A DNA stretch of 64,000 nucleotides. It comes from Utricularia gibba. Its lineage: Eukaryota > Plantae > Magnoliophyta. Position 1 is the first letter of the stretch. Every line of letters starts with the position of its first letter. Positions 24,580-36,506 of the stretch are shown here, piece by piece. Under the pieces are notes generated by a model. It made no database searches and was not told the DNA's origin. It saw only the letters and a list, made by a program, of their open reading frames with translations. The position numbers and the translations under genes are program-made. Location of the stretch: contig CM007989.1 of NCBI GenBank assembly GCA_002189035.1, forward strand, positions 8,432,001 to 8,496,000. The letters run 5' to 3'.

Positions 24580-27059
24580 TCATTCAAACTAAGAGAAACC
24601 AACAAACGAAGAAGTTTAGACAGTGCAAGAGCCGAGATGAAGTTTGTTATCAGAAAGGGCTTATTTGCAAAGCTTACATAATCACTATCTCCATGTCCAG
24701 CTCGAATGCTATCTTTCAGAGCAACTTGTTTCTCGTTGCATCTTTTGCACCCATCATCTGTAATGTGTGGATAAGAAGCAAGAAAGGTTCATGCGTTATG
24801 ATTGTATTGCCTTCTGTCTCGATTGGGTTAATGTGACATAAGCAGAGATAAGCATGGCTGGAATGAAAAAAGGACTAGTAAAATTGCTACCTGCATTCGA
24901 TCTGACTCCTCGGGCTCCTTGTTCCAATTCCTCTGATGTCAACACGATCTGCATAACCCAGCAAAAGAATAACTATCATGAAAGAAACATATTCTGAACC
25001 TTTAAAAAAAACACCAAAAGAACGGAGTAAAATGTGTAGAAACAGAATAAGCACTGTATAAGGCGATGGGGACGACCCCGTTCAAGGAGAATAACTTGAG
25101 ATATGTGGCCGATTGAAACAAGATCTCTTTGTGAAAATTGTTCAAAGAAGCACACGCTATGGCAATTTATATTGGCACATCATTTCCAACCGCATCTTCA
25201 GTACATTGAGACTGAAGAACACAAGCATATGGTTATGTTGGAACTTAACACCCACAGCATGCCACCATCTTTGTATGCCAAAAACAGAAATGGATCTACG
25301 AAACAAGATGGAAGAGGTAGGACCTTCAACTCTTCCGGTGACATATTAAGCATCTGAGAAGCTTCCAGTTCTCCCTTTAGAAGGCGACTGGCTAAGACAG
25401 AATTCTTCTGTCATAAAAAAGGCAAAATTTATGCCTAGCCAATGCTAAGATAGCCAAAAGAGATCATAAAAATATCTAAAAACTACCTTAAGATGTATAG
25501 TTAGTAAGTGCATCTTTTGGTTATACTTCAGATAATCTAATGAAAATGTCTCATGAGCAGCGCTTTCAAGAGCAGCCACCACATGCACGGCTGCATCTGG
25601 CCAGCTTGAAGATGCATCACCCTAAGAATTATAGAGTAAAACATCAAGATGATGCACATTGCCAAATGTATAATATCTACATATTAGGAAAAATCTACAT
25701 ATCAGGAAAAATCCACGTACTTCTACAACTATATCTTCAGATTCAGTTCCCTGCTCCAAAATAGGGTTCTCCTTATTCCCTGCAGGAAAGCAGGAAGCCT
25801 GCATCGACTGAAGAAGCTTCTCCAGCCATTTGTCACGGTGGGTTTCCCCAGTCAGTTTCTTAAAATTTGAAAGAATAGAATAATGCTCTGATAAACCAAC
25901 ATCGGCACTCCAGGGAATTTCAGCTTTAATTGATTGACATCTAGCAAGGCCTTCATCTTCATTGGTCACTCTCAAAGATGCCAGTTTGATTTCATGCAGT
26001 TTTTTATTCTTCACCGAGTCTTCACGATCCAATGCAGCATCCTCTGTCCCAAGGTCGAGAAGGTCACCCACTCTTGTGACTGTTTTCTGAACGAGAAGAT
26101 CAATCTCTTTTTGTTTGTTATCTTCATAGTCCTTGTCCGTTAGCTTAAAAAGGCGTCTCTGTTCAGTGTCATAAACTCTTTGCACAATGAAACCAGGGTG
26201 TTGTTTGCGAGATGGAATCTGCTTATTTTGAGGAACAAAATGAACGATGCACTTGTGCATGACGGATTCAGCTGGCACTTCATCCCTGTGGAAACTGTAA
26301 AAGAGTTCCCGTACATCAGCTGATTGCCAGTTTCCACCTACTCGTTTTTCAGCCTCCTCTGGACGATATAACCACTGGCCTGTAACTATTACAGCCCCAT
26401 CAACCCTCTGTGAAATGTCCTGTCAAATAGAGAATAGATTCTATACTGAAATACAGTACATAAAAGAGAATGTTAACTAAAAGTCCAGCAGTACGTCTGT
26501 ATTTTGGTGTCACATTCCTTATTTAACAGGAATACGAGATTCGAATAAACCGTACCTTGAGTATGGCCACATATGGCTTCTGCTGCATGGACTCAGGGAC
26601 TAGAAGCACTGAATCCTCCTAAAACACAAATGGCTTGAATCAGGACAATGTTCCAACATATAGAAGAACGACAACTACGGCATCCATAGGAATTAGGGGA
26701 ACATTAAAAATCATATAAAACCTAATATTCCGAAAACAACAAGAGGAATTTAAAGATAAATATGAAAAACATACAAGCTGGAACTGCTGGTTGTCATAAT
26801 CAAATGCTGTGTAATGCTTCCGTTTGCCTCTTCCTTTCCCAGAAGTCTTAATGACATTACCAAATGGTTGTGCTAGGGGCTCACCATTCTCACCTCCCAC
26901 CTCACCCTCATCAGCCATCTTCGCGGTGTTCTGCTTATTCAATTCCTCCTCAGATTCCTCCTCATCATGTAGGTGCAGCCTTTTCCACTTCCTTCGACGT
27001 TTTTCCTCATTTTTATTGGTAAGACTTGACGGGAGCTGTGCTAACCTCCGATTTCCCAT
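24580..27059 (-). CDS. AIPP3: BAH + TFIIS-central domain protein (AIPP3/BDT1/RVR1-like) with a truncated C-terminal zinc ribbon; exons 27059-26775, 26619-26556, 26419-25721, 25621-25487, 25407-25324, 24948-24891, 24757-24678, 24588-24580
   Basis: MGNRR start, KPYVAILKDI...GQWLYRPEEA...RELFYSFHRDEVPAESVMHKC (BAH), WPDAAV...KYNQKM...ASRLLKGELE (TFIIS-M) and CKRC. The last exon reads FE-stop, followed by a frameshifted vestige to 24423. Confidence 0.88.
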
Positions 27060-28279
27060 GCCAACACTTCAATCTAGAAGTCAGCAACCCCCAAAAGGAT
27101 ATCGCGCTCAGGGAGAGATTCAGTCTGATGGGCAATGCTGGAGAACAGCATTATAATGAGCCACGTTGCGTGCATTTCTGAAAAAGATAAAATAAACAAA
27201 ATTAGAGACCAACCGTCAGCACTAAGACTACTCCATTACGAACCAATGCAGCGACTTTCCATATCAACAACCATAGTGATAAGGCACCAATAGGAAACAA
27301 GTAATGATCGATACCTGACCTTTCACCTTTCCGAAGAGTTGTTTGTTAAGTAAAACAAATAAATGAGAGTACAGGGAACGTCAATCATCCGAGAAGAACT
27401 TACAGAACATCGTGAAGGAAAAATTATTCGACTTAGTTTCACTGGCGGAAGTCGAAAATAAAAGCCAGATCGAGTTCAAAACACACAATTATGACAGGGC
27501 TACTGACTGTATCAAGTCGCGGGATGGCTTGTATCAAGTGGATGCCCATCATTTCACTCGAAAATGGAGATATCCAGAAAGCCGCAATCTTCAACAAAAC
27601 GCAAAATTTCCATCACATGGACGCTTTCCCCGGAGGAAACTGATGCAGGAGATATATGTTGGCCCAGAAACCAGGAAGGTACAGCATGAATTTGGATTTC
27701 GAAGGCGACGAAGCGAAGATGTCGAGATCTGCGGTTTTCCTGGGATCGGATTTCTTCTTATAACAGAATTCCCGGATGGAGGTTATTTACAGCAAGGATG
27801 TTCTTGAAACGGCAATATACATAAATAAAATCATGGGTCTGGTTGTGGTTGTTCTGGTAGCGTTTAAAATGGATTTGAAAAATTCAAAGCTGAATAAAAA
27901 AGATGGTATAAATTCCACGACAGTCAGTTTGGAGGGAGGGAAGGGCTGCATTCGGTTTTTTCCGCAGTTGGACAGAAGCAATCGAAAAAGGAATGACTCC
28001 TGTGGTTTAGATAATATTTTTTAACCAGCTCAGTGCACGCCAAAAAATAAAATAGGCTGGCTGCAGGTGCGCCTTTACGATTTCCAACTCTGGCTGCGCC
28101 TGTATTTCTAGTGTACATTCATGGCATTGTTCTGCTCGAAGCTTCGTGGATGTAATTTCTGGTCTTGCTTCCTTTGCTAACAAAATGCAACAAAACTGGT
28201 AAGCAACTTCGACTACGCTCTCCTGTTGGTCCGGTGAGGTGCTGGTCTCATGACGCCGTGGTTGGAACCAACATGCTTA

Positions 28280-28280
<1 letters not shown>

Positions 28281-28310
<30 letters not shown>

Positions 28311-28311
28311 G
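28281..28311. repeat. (CTGT)7 microsatellite
   Basis: Read directly. Confidence 0.95.
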
Positions 28312-28502
28312 CCATGAGCCGCTTGTAATGCGTACTCGGAAGCGAGCCAAGCTTCGAAAGCCCCGGTTGGGATGACGGATTGGATGGGCTTGATACCCAT
28401 GTTGGGTCCAGTGTCGCGTTTGTGTTCAAGGGCATGGATGGGTGACCGTAACATTACACAACACAACTACTTTGCATTTTTCCATACGACCATCAGCCAA
28501 AT

Positions 28503-30189
28503 TTACACGGAATCGCATCCATCATTCCCGCGCGCTGGTTTCTGCGGTGTCCCGGGGATGAGATCTTCTTCCTCCTTTCTCTCTTTGCCCTTCCCCCACA
28601 CCACCAGGTACAGTCCCGCTACGATCACCACGCCTCCCAGCACCCTGTCCCATGATTCAAAAAATAAATAAAGCCAGATAGGCCTAGTGTGTTGCGGCGA
28701 GTTTGCTTACTTTCCCAGTGTCATTTGCTCTGCGAAAACAAAGGAGCTCAGGACGGCAACTATGACCATGTTCAGAGGGTTGAAGGCCGTCACAAAGACC
28801 GGCCCCTTGTCTTTCATCACCACGCCGGAAAGATAGTATGTGATCCCCGATGAAACTATCCCCTGCACTTCAACCTCCTCAGTGCATATATTTGAATATC
28901 CAGGGGATTTGTTTGTTTGTTTGCTCGCTTTTTTCTTTCTAAGAAGCGTATTTGCTGTCTATTATTTGAGTGAGAAACATACCCCGTAGGCATACCCCAA
29001 TAGCTTCATATCCCATCCCAATCTCCAAATGGCAGTGTTCCCTCTCTCAGCCACCAGGGTGACGACCGCGCCTAGCAGGGCGCCCATGGTGCATATCAGC
29101 GCCGTCAGTGTCAACCCAGCGCAGTAAGATTTCAGCGTGATCGACTACCGTATCCACAACAAAAGCTTCAATTATTTAGAAAAACTTTTTGGGATGCGTA
29201 GAATTACGAGTGTCCCACCTGGAGGATGAAGAACAAGGAGTAGCCTAGGCATGCCGCAGAGATCATGATTGCACCCTTGATTGGATCAGGTCGATCGTAC
29301 GGGTTTTGGTGGGATGGGACTGTGGAGGGGGGTGAGTCCATGGCAGCCCGATGACATAACCTTTCACGAGTGTCATCACCATCGCCCCACCGAGAGCCAC
29401 CAACGTCCCCACTATCATCGCATGGCTCCTCAGTTTCCTCATATCCACCCTCTCAATCCTGTCCGAAATGTGTAGAAAAGAACTCATCAACTATACCCGC
29501 ATCAAAAGATCAGCAAGCACAAGGGTACTCTGTCAATCTTTCATGCTTGTGTTGACAGACTACCAAAATATCGGCATAAAATATGAATAATGTTTTCGGA
29601 CACCAACCTGAGGATCCAAGCCACGAGAAAGGTTATCGCCGGAAGAAGGTTGCATAAGGCGGACGTAACCGTCGGGGTCGTGTATTTCATTCCCTCGTAG
29701 AACAAGTTCTGTGCGAGAACGGGGCTGCGTTTTCCAAGTTGTTTGATTTCAGAATTCGGCGTAACGCAAAAACATGGAGGAAGAAAAGACAGAGAAACTG
29801 GAGGAGCTATTGGAGAGAACCGTACTCTAGAAACCCGAGCAGCATGATCTTCAGGAAGACTCCCAGCGTCATTGGAGGCCTGGATTTCCTGCCACCCGTA
29901 AACACAGGTTCAATAAAGATGAAATAAGTTGCTCCAGATAACATCAATCAAACAGAAAGAGACATTTTGTTCGACTTTGAAATCCTAACCTCTCACAGAT
30001 CAAAGCAAAGGGCGCCAAAACGATAGCGGCGACGGTGCTCCGGTACAGCGCAAATGTGTAATGGTTGGAGCCCTGGTTCAACGCCGCCTTTGCAACAAGA
30101 GCGAAGCCAGCGTACCCGAATTGCAAGAGGATGACATAAAGAAAAGGCCTCAAGTTTTTGAGAAACTTGGAGTTGAGATTGAGGTCCAT
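28503..30189 (-). CDS. WAT1-related / UMAMIT (EamA) transporter, copy A, 7 exons; apparent -1 frameshift at the G6 run 29327-29332
   Basis: PFLYVILLQFGYAG, YRSTVAAIVLAPFA, QNLFYEGMKYTT, KGPVFVTAFNPL, GLYLVVWGK. Exon 4 is one base short. Confidence 0.9.
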
Positions 30190-30714
30190 ATCTTTTTTTC
30201 TGTGTCACGATTTTGCATGGGGAGGAGGAACCTTAAATAGGCGAGTTTCGGGGACCAATGAAAGAGGAAAATGTATTATTATTGCCAATGACTCATTACG
30301 CTTTAAGGTTTGTGGAGGCCGTGTAATCTAATCATGTCACCATCTTCTCCTATGCTTTTTATCTCTGGCGCGGCAAATAAAGAACTACTCACCGGACAAG
30401 TATCCACAAAGGATGATGTTGAATCGATCAGAATCAAACCCAAAACAAAAAAAGCAAAGCAAACTTTGTTTGGGAATAAAGGCAACATATTTTTTAGTCG
30501 TGTTAATAGCAATTGGGGCTTGGTACGTTGTAGCAAAAGAAGCATTACCACATAAAGAATTAACACATGTTTGTCCCCAACAATGCACTTTGTCAGGGAA
30601 AAAAAATCTATCATTCTCCAAACAAGGTTAATCTCCTCCTCGCACACGTTTATTCGCCCCTTTACTTAAGCAAGTGTTATCCCCCCTCTAATATCGTTTG
30701 TCGTTGCTGTCTGA

Positions 30715-32258
30715 CTAAACAGCATTAGGACCAGAAGCTGCCTCTGATTTATCCTCATTCTGCTCCTGAGTTGAAGAATTTGTAACCGCGTTCTGGTGTT
30801 GTGGTAGTACCTCTTTTGCCTTTTGGTCCTTGCTCTTACCCCATATCACCATGTAAAGCCCGATGACAATCACCAAAGCTCCAGCCACCCTGCAATTTTC
30901 ATTTACTGAGCATTTGATTTACATGAAACTGAGAAGATGCAAATAACTTACTTTCCGACCGTCATTTGCTCTGCGAAGATGAAGGAGCTTAGGACTGCGA
31001 CGATCACCATGCTTAGAGGATTAAACGCCGTAACGAATACAGGTCCTTTCTTGCTCATGATTAAACCGGAAAGATAGTAAGTTATGCCTGAAGAGACAAC
31101 TCCCTGCACCAAAGTTGGTATATATTTAATAATCGTATTGTTTTTTCATTCAATGGGGATTAATGATTTTTACCCCGTAGACGTAGGCCAAAAGCCTGGC
31201 GTCAAGTCTGAGGATCCAAATAGAAGTGTTGCTCCTCTCCATGATGAACGCGACAACAGTTCCGATGAGTGATCCCAATGTGCAGATCATTGCTGTCAGC
31301 GACATCCCCGCCGGGTACGACTTCAATGTGATAGCCTGGAGAATGTAGAAGAGAGCGTAACCGAGGTTTCCTGCGCTGATCATCAAGGCGCCCTTGATGG
31401 GATCGGGATGATCATTGGGATTATTGGAAGCATTGACACCACGGGATGCATGAGTCCATGGGAGTCCAATGATGTTGCCTTGAACCAAGGTCATGATCAT
31501 CGCCCCACCGAGAGTCACCAAAGTCCCGATAATCTTAGCGTAGCTTGGTAGCTTTTTGAAGTTAACCCTCTCGATCCTGTGTTAGAGAGTCGAAAAGATA
31601 AATAACACGATGATCATGAAAGAAAAAGCACACACACAAATGAGCTGCAGCCTGCAGGCTTTGGTTACCCGAGAACCCAAGCCAGGACAAAGGTCAAGGC
31701 AGGGAGAAGATTGCAGAGGGCTGAGGTCACGGTCGCGGTCGTGTACCGCATTCCAGCATAGAACAAGTTTTGGCCTATCACCGGGCTGTTCCATACAAAG
31801 ACAAGGATGACACATTACAAACTACTTAGCCAAAAACTTTTAGGGACTAGGGTCTCATTCTCCTTTGTAAATACATACACTAGGCTGAATGAGGACATCA
31901 TTCTGTATCACTTACTCAAACAGGGCGAGGAGGACTATCTTGAGGAAGACACTGAGTGTCATTTTTGGCCTGGTTTTCCTGCAAATGAAAATCATTTTGA
32001 ATGATAACTCATGCTTGGTGTCGAACATGGAAACCAGATTCGAAAGCATAGACAGATAGATCCAAACCTCTCCAAGACAAGTGCAAAGGGGATAAAGAGA
32101 GCGGCGGCAATGCCATTTCGATAGACGGAAAACACATAATGGCTGCTACCCTGGTTCAAGGCTGCCTTAGCGACGATGGCGAAGCCGGCACTACCAAACT
32201 GGAGGAATATAACGACAATGAACGGCTTCAAATCGCGCAGGATCTTGGAGGAATTCAT
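30715..32258 (-). CDS. WAT1-related / UMAMIT transporter, copy B, 6 exons (the intron corresponding to intron 4 of copy A is absent), frame intact
   Basis: PFIVVIFLQFGSAG, YRNGIAAALFIPFA, QNLFYAGMRYTT, PDPIKGALMI...ILQAITLKSYPAG, KGPVFVTAFNPL, GLYMVIWGK. Confidence 0.93.
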
Positions 32259-33060
32259 GATATCACAAAAGGGAGCGAGAAGCGTGTTGGAATGAAGCTG
32301 CATGAAGAGGGGATTTTATAGCGTAGAGATGTGAGTCTTGGTAAAACTTGGCGAGTTTGAAACAAATATACCATTCAATTCAACTATCTTGAGTGTTCAA
32401 CTATTATCTCTGATAATATTCCTCTCGCCAACCACACAGTCGAAAAGATATTTGTATCTACAACTGCTGCTGTGACTGCTCCAATTCCATGCAACGTACC
32501 AAGGTATCGTGGCCTGCGTTTTATTCATCATTTTCAGTGTCGGATATCTTCAGATGGTGCTCATAATCCCCATGCACCGCAGTCCGTACGTGCGCAGTGG
32601 TGGCCAACACAACACTGCTTTATTTGGATATTTGAGTCAAACCCCAGGAAACAGAATGTGTTCGTTCCATTAAGTTACAAAATTGTCCTTTTTACCAACA
32701 AAAGGGAACAGGGTCAATACAGGAAACATATATACTTTCCTGTGGAGATGGTCAGATCAGACTTCCAACAACCCCAAGTAATCAAAAAACAACCAAACAA
32801 ACACGTGCTTATGTGATTGCACTTCGGACCAATTTGCTCCAAATAATTTTCCAATTTTAATTTTCGAAAATATATATTACGACAAACTGGTCTCTTTATC
32901 TTCTAAAACCTTTGGGTTTGCGTTGTTGGAATTCCAGCGCCATAAGCAAAGGCGCATGCTTAATCTGACTTCCACTTATTCCAGGAAAAGTGGCTTTTGG
33001 AGACCCCATCGATTTCCTGCACGGTGAACCTGGGCCACAGCGCGCCCACTTTCATTCGAG

Positions 33061-33064
<4 letters not shown>

Positions 33065-33098
<34 letters not shown>
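33065..33098. repeat. (AG)17 microsatellite
   Basis: Read directly. Confidence 0.95.
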
Positions 33099-33102
<4 letters not shown>

Positions 33103-36100
33103 ACCGGAATTCATGAGGTTTGTCGAAATTCATGGGACTATCGAATTAAGGCTGGGTGGATGAGGAGCTGGGCTCTGTTCTGCCTACCTGAAGAAGATTT
33201 CACGGCATCGCTGACAGGGTGAAGTTAGTGGAGTAAGAGGGTGGAATATAATATATCTCAGAATCACTGTCCCTGATGACGTCCGCATCTTTGGGGACAC
33301 GCCGTCGTTAGTGCTTTAAAAAAAATGACAATAATAACGCACTAAATCAATCATTTTTCAGTCCCATGTGCCCTCGGCTTTTTTACAGAGGGTCCAGCAG
33401 CATTATTTGAGCACCCATTTCGTCTTATAGGTGCTGTCCAAGTAACAAATTGCCTGCTGTCAAAATGGATGCATAACCTGACCAGACCCCATGGACTAAA
33501 CAGAAAGCAAGGGTGACTCTTCCAACCTCCACGTGCTCCTCCAGCATCATCGGTATCTCTAATAATACCATCGCATGCGCCACGGTCGCTTTGTCTTTCA
33601 CTCCATGATATGATCATCCTCATCACTGGCATATCATTCTTTCTTTTTGGGCAAAGGACTACAGCCTCTATGAATGGGCGTGGGGCATACACTCAATCAT
33701 TCCTCCAATACATGCAATAAAAAAGGTATCTGGGTTCCAAAGGTGATTGCTCTATCACTCCATATTCATACATACATACATACATACGTGCGTTCGATTC
33801 AGATACGGACTTTTGTCACTCCTAACACTAATTATTTCAGCAACTAAACGCCACAAAGATTGGTGTTGCCTCGAGGAGGGATGGACATTTGTAGCCACAT
33901 AATGCGGCGATCCCTCCCTCCCCTTCCCTCAGCTGATAGATATCTTTTTATCTACACGAAGATGGTTGGCTTTCAAAGGCAAAGGCACCCACCCTCCACA
34001 TACAAATTTATTGTCAATCCATTCCATAGTGATTCGGAGTCAGGAGCTCCTCGGCATGTCATGGAATCAAGTAAGCAAAAGCACCAATTCCCGTAGGCTG
34101 CTTTTGTGGGCGGACTGCCACTGCCACCAACCAACATTTGATGGATGGTCGTATGAGTTGCTTTTATTGACTAGAAAATTGGGGATGGATATTTGAATTT
34201 TGAGCTTTCGTCCACCTTTGAATCATCCAGTCAACTGCAATGACTTTCCCTTTGAGGCTGCCAAGTGTTAGCTAAAAAAAACTTGTTGTATTTTATTTTA
34301 TTTTATTTGTATCTGATAGTATGCAAACATATCATAAATCATCTTTTTTTTTTAAGTGTAATAGATTATCATAAGATGTATTGAACGTTTAAAAGAGCAG
34401 ATTACTATATTGTGGTCAATACAAGTACTAAACATCAGATTATAAATAAAGAAGACTTGCTAGTAAAATAAATATCAATCTTTGGTTATCGATTATGAAG
34501 AAATAGACTATCAATGTTTATGAATAAAGATGATATTTGTGTGGAGTCTATGTTAGAAACGTCAGATTATCTTTTTATTTTATTTTATTGTAAATACGTT
34601 AGAAGATAGTGAACAAAATTATACTTTTGACGTGGAAGTGTTTAAGTCAATGGAATCAAATGTGTTAATGACAAGTCTTCCACATAATACCAACATGTTG
34701 TTAGCGGAGCAAATTTGGAGAACTGTGATTTTAATGTACAGGTATATTTGGTATATCAGACACGAAATTTTTTGGGGATGGACATTCTTACCGAGCTTTT
34801 ACGGTTCTAGTTGATAAAGTTCAACTGCAACTATTTTCATTAGATATATAATAAATGAAGAAGAAGATTGCATGTGTATTCAAATAAATGATTATTCGGA
34901 TCATCTTCGACAATTTGATGAAATACTCATCATCGATCATCTTGACAATTTCTATTTTTACCGCATTTTAACACACCGCTTTTATTTGTACGTATTATAT
35001 AGATATTATTGAAAATTTGAATCTTACTATTAAAAACCTGGCATTTTTAAATATTATGTATCATACTTGCCAAAGACACATGAGAGTGAATATGTGTGGA
35101 GAAGGTGCTTCTCATCGTTCCATTCTTTTTATTATCAGGAATGCTTCTATTCTTGCACCGCAAAAGGGGCAGCATATTCTTCGGTTCAAATGAAAAACCA
35201 CAATTTTAATTAATGCGCCCCCATTCCATTCCCAAAGGAAATAAATTCCCTTACAACTCTTCTTCTTCTCCTTTTGTTAACCCCTTTTTTTAATTTTCTA
35301 TATTGGGTCAGGGTGTGATTCTCATTCTACTAGACTAGATTACTACAGTGGGCCTGTCCAAAAATAATAATACCAAAGCCTGAAGCCCATTTAGTCAGCG
35401 GCCTGAATTTGGAGGGTGCCGATTGCCATATCATCGATCCATCCCATGCCTACGCCGCCGCGCCAGCATCTCCTTCGCCTTCCTGATGCAAAACAAAAAA
35501 AACAACGCCGGATTCACGCCTCTCTTCCTTCAATTTTTACAAGCAGGTTTTCTTGGGCGGTATTTCCGGATAACGTGTACCATGAAGAAATTAATAATAT
35601 TGTCGTGTTTGTGAAAAAATCATAGTAATAAAAGGTGTCCAGACACGGATACTTTCTCTGTCACTGATGGTAACATGTTACTCTGGAAGCATGAGTTGAA
35701 ACCAACTGTACTCCAATGGCTGGCTGGCTTTCAAGTCTTCCCGTCAGATCCTTACACACCAGCTCCCTGGCCTGGAACAACAGCTTCCTACAATCTCATT
35801 TCAAACCCCTTCAATTATTCGCTTCCAATTTAAACAACAGAAAGTGGAATCCTTTCCTTTGCTTTTCTTGTAACTTAACAGCTCAACTTTTACCATTCCT
35901 TCTCGCTTTTGTCGTTATCCTTCCCCAACTCTCTCTTTTTCTACCCATTCCAAATCTAGGGTTTCTCTTCTGTCGCAACTTCTGGATGCGTTTGATATCA
36001 GCCGGAGATCTTAATTTTGAGCTGGGTACATATGCACCCCACATTTTTCATTTTGAGCTGCGTTGTCAATCCATTTCCTTCAAACAGTCCTTTTTGAGCA

Positions 36101-36506
36101 ACATTCTCAGATAAGTTTGAGGAATTCGTGCTGTATTCTTCACTCCCTCCATTGTTTGTGGAGAACCCATTATAAACGTCTGTTAAAGATTTCGATTTTC
36201 CCTGTTTTAGTGTTCTGGGTTGTGCCTTTTCTCTTTTATTTGGTCGCCTAAGCATCCTAGTCTTATGAATTCTCAGTTAGTTCAGTTTCAGACGTTTTCA
36301 TCCGTTCATATTGGAGAAAGCGTCATTAAACTTCTGCCAAAGATTTCAACCTTTTCAAGTTCAGTGTCCTGCTCGTGTTCTTTGCGCTCCTGTTGGTATT
36401 GCTCCTCCTGGACTTCTATTTGATTCAGTTTCAGGGTGCGTTAGATCCATTTCAAGTTTGAATTACGTTGATTTATTTCAAAGTTAGAATTTTACCTTGT
36501 AAATGA

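Noticed and set aside
27412-28024. 131-aa and 82-aa plus-strand ORFs with an intron-like segment at 27669-27767
   Set aside because: No ATG for the longer ORF and no recognisable domain; I could not match it to any expected syntenic gene.
33871-33920. GAGGAGGGAT...ATCCCTCCCTC hairpin resembling miR390
   Set aside because: Only about 9 nt match and the stem is too short for a miRNA precursor.
34260-35060. Very AT-rich stretch with a 17-18 bp direct repeat (34899-34916 / 34935-34951) as a possible MITE
   Set aside because: No terminal inverted repeats or TSD identified.
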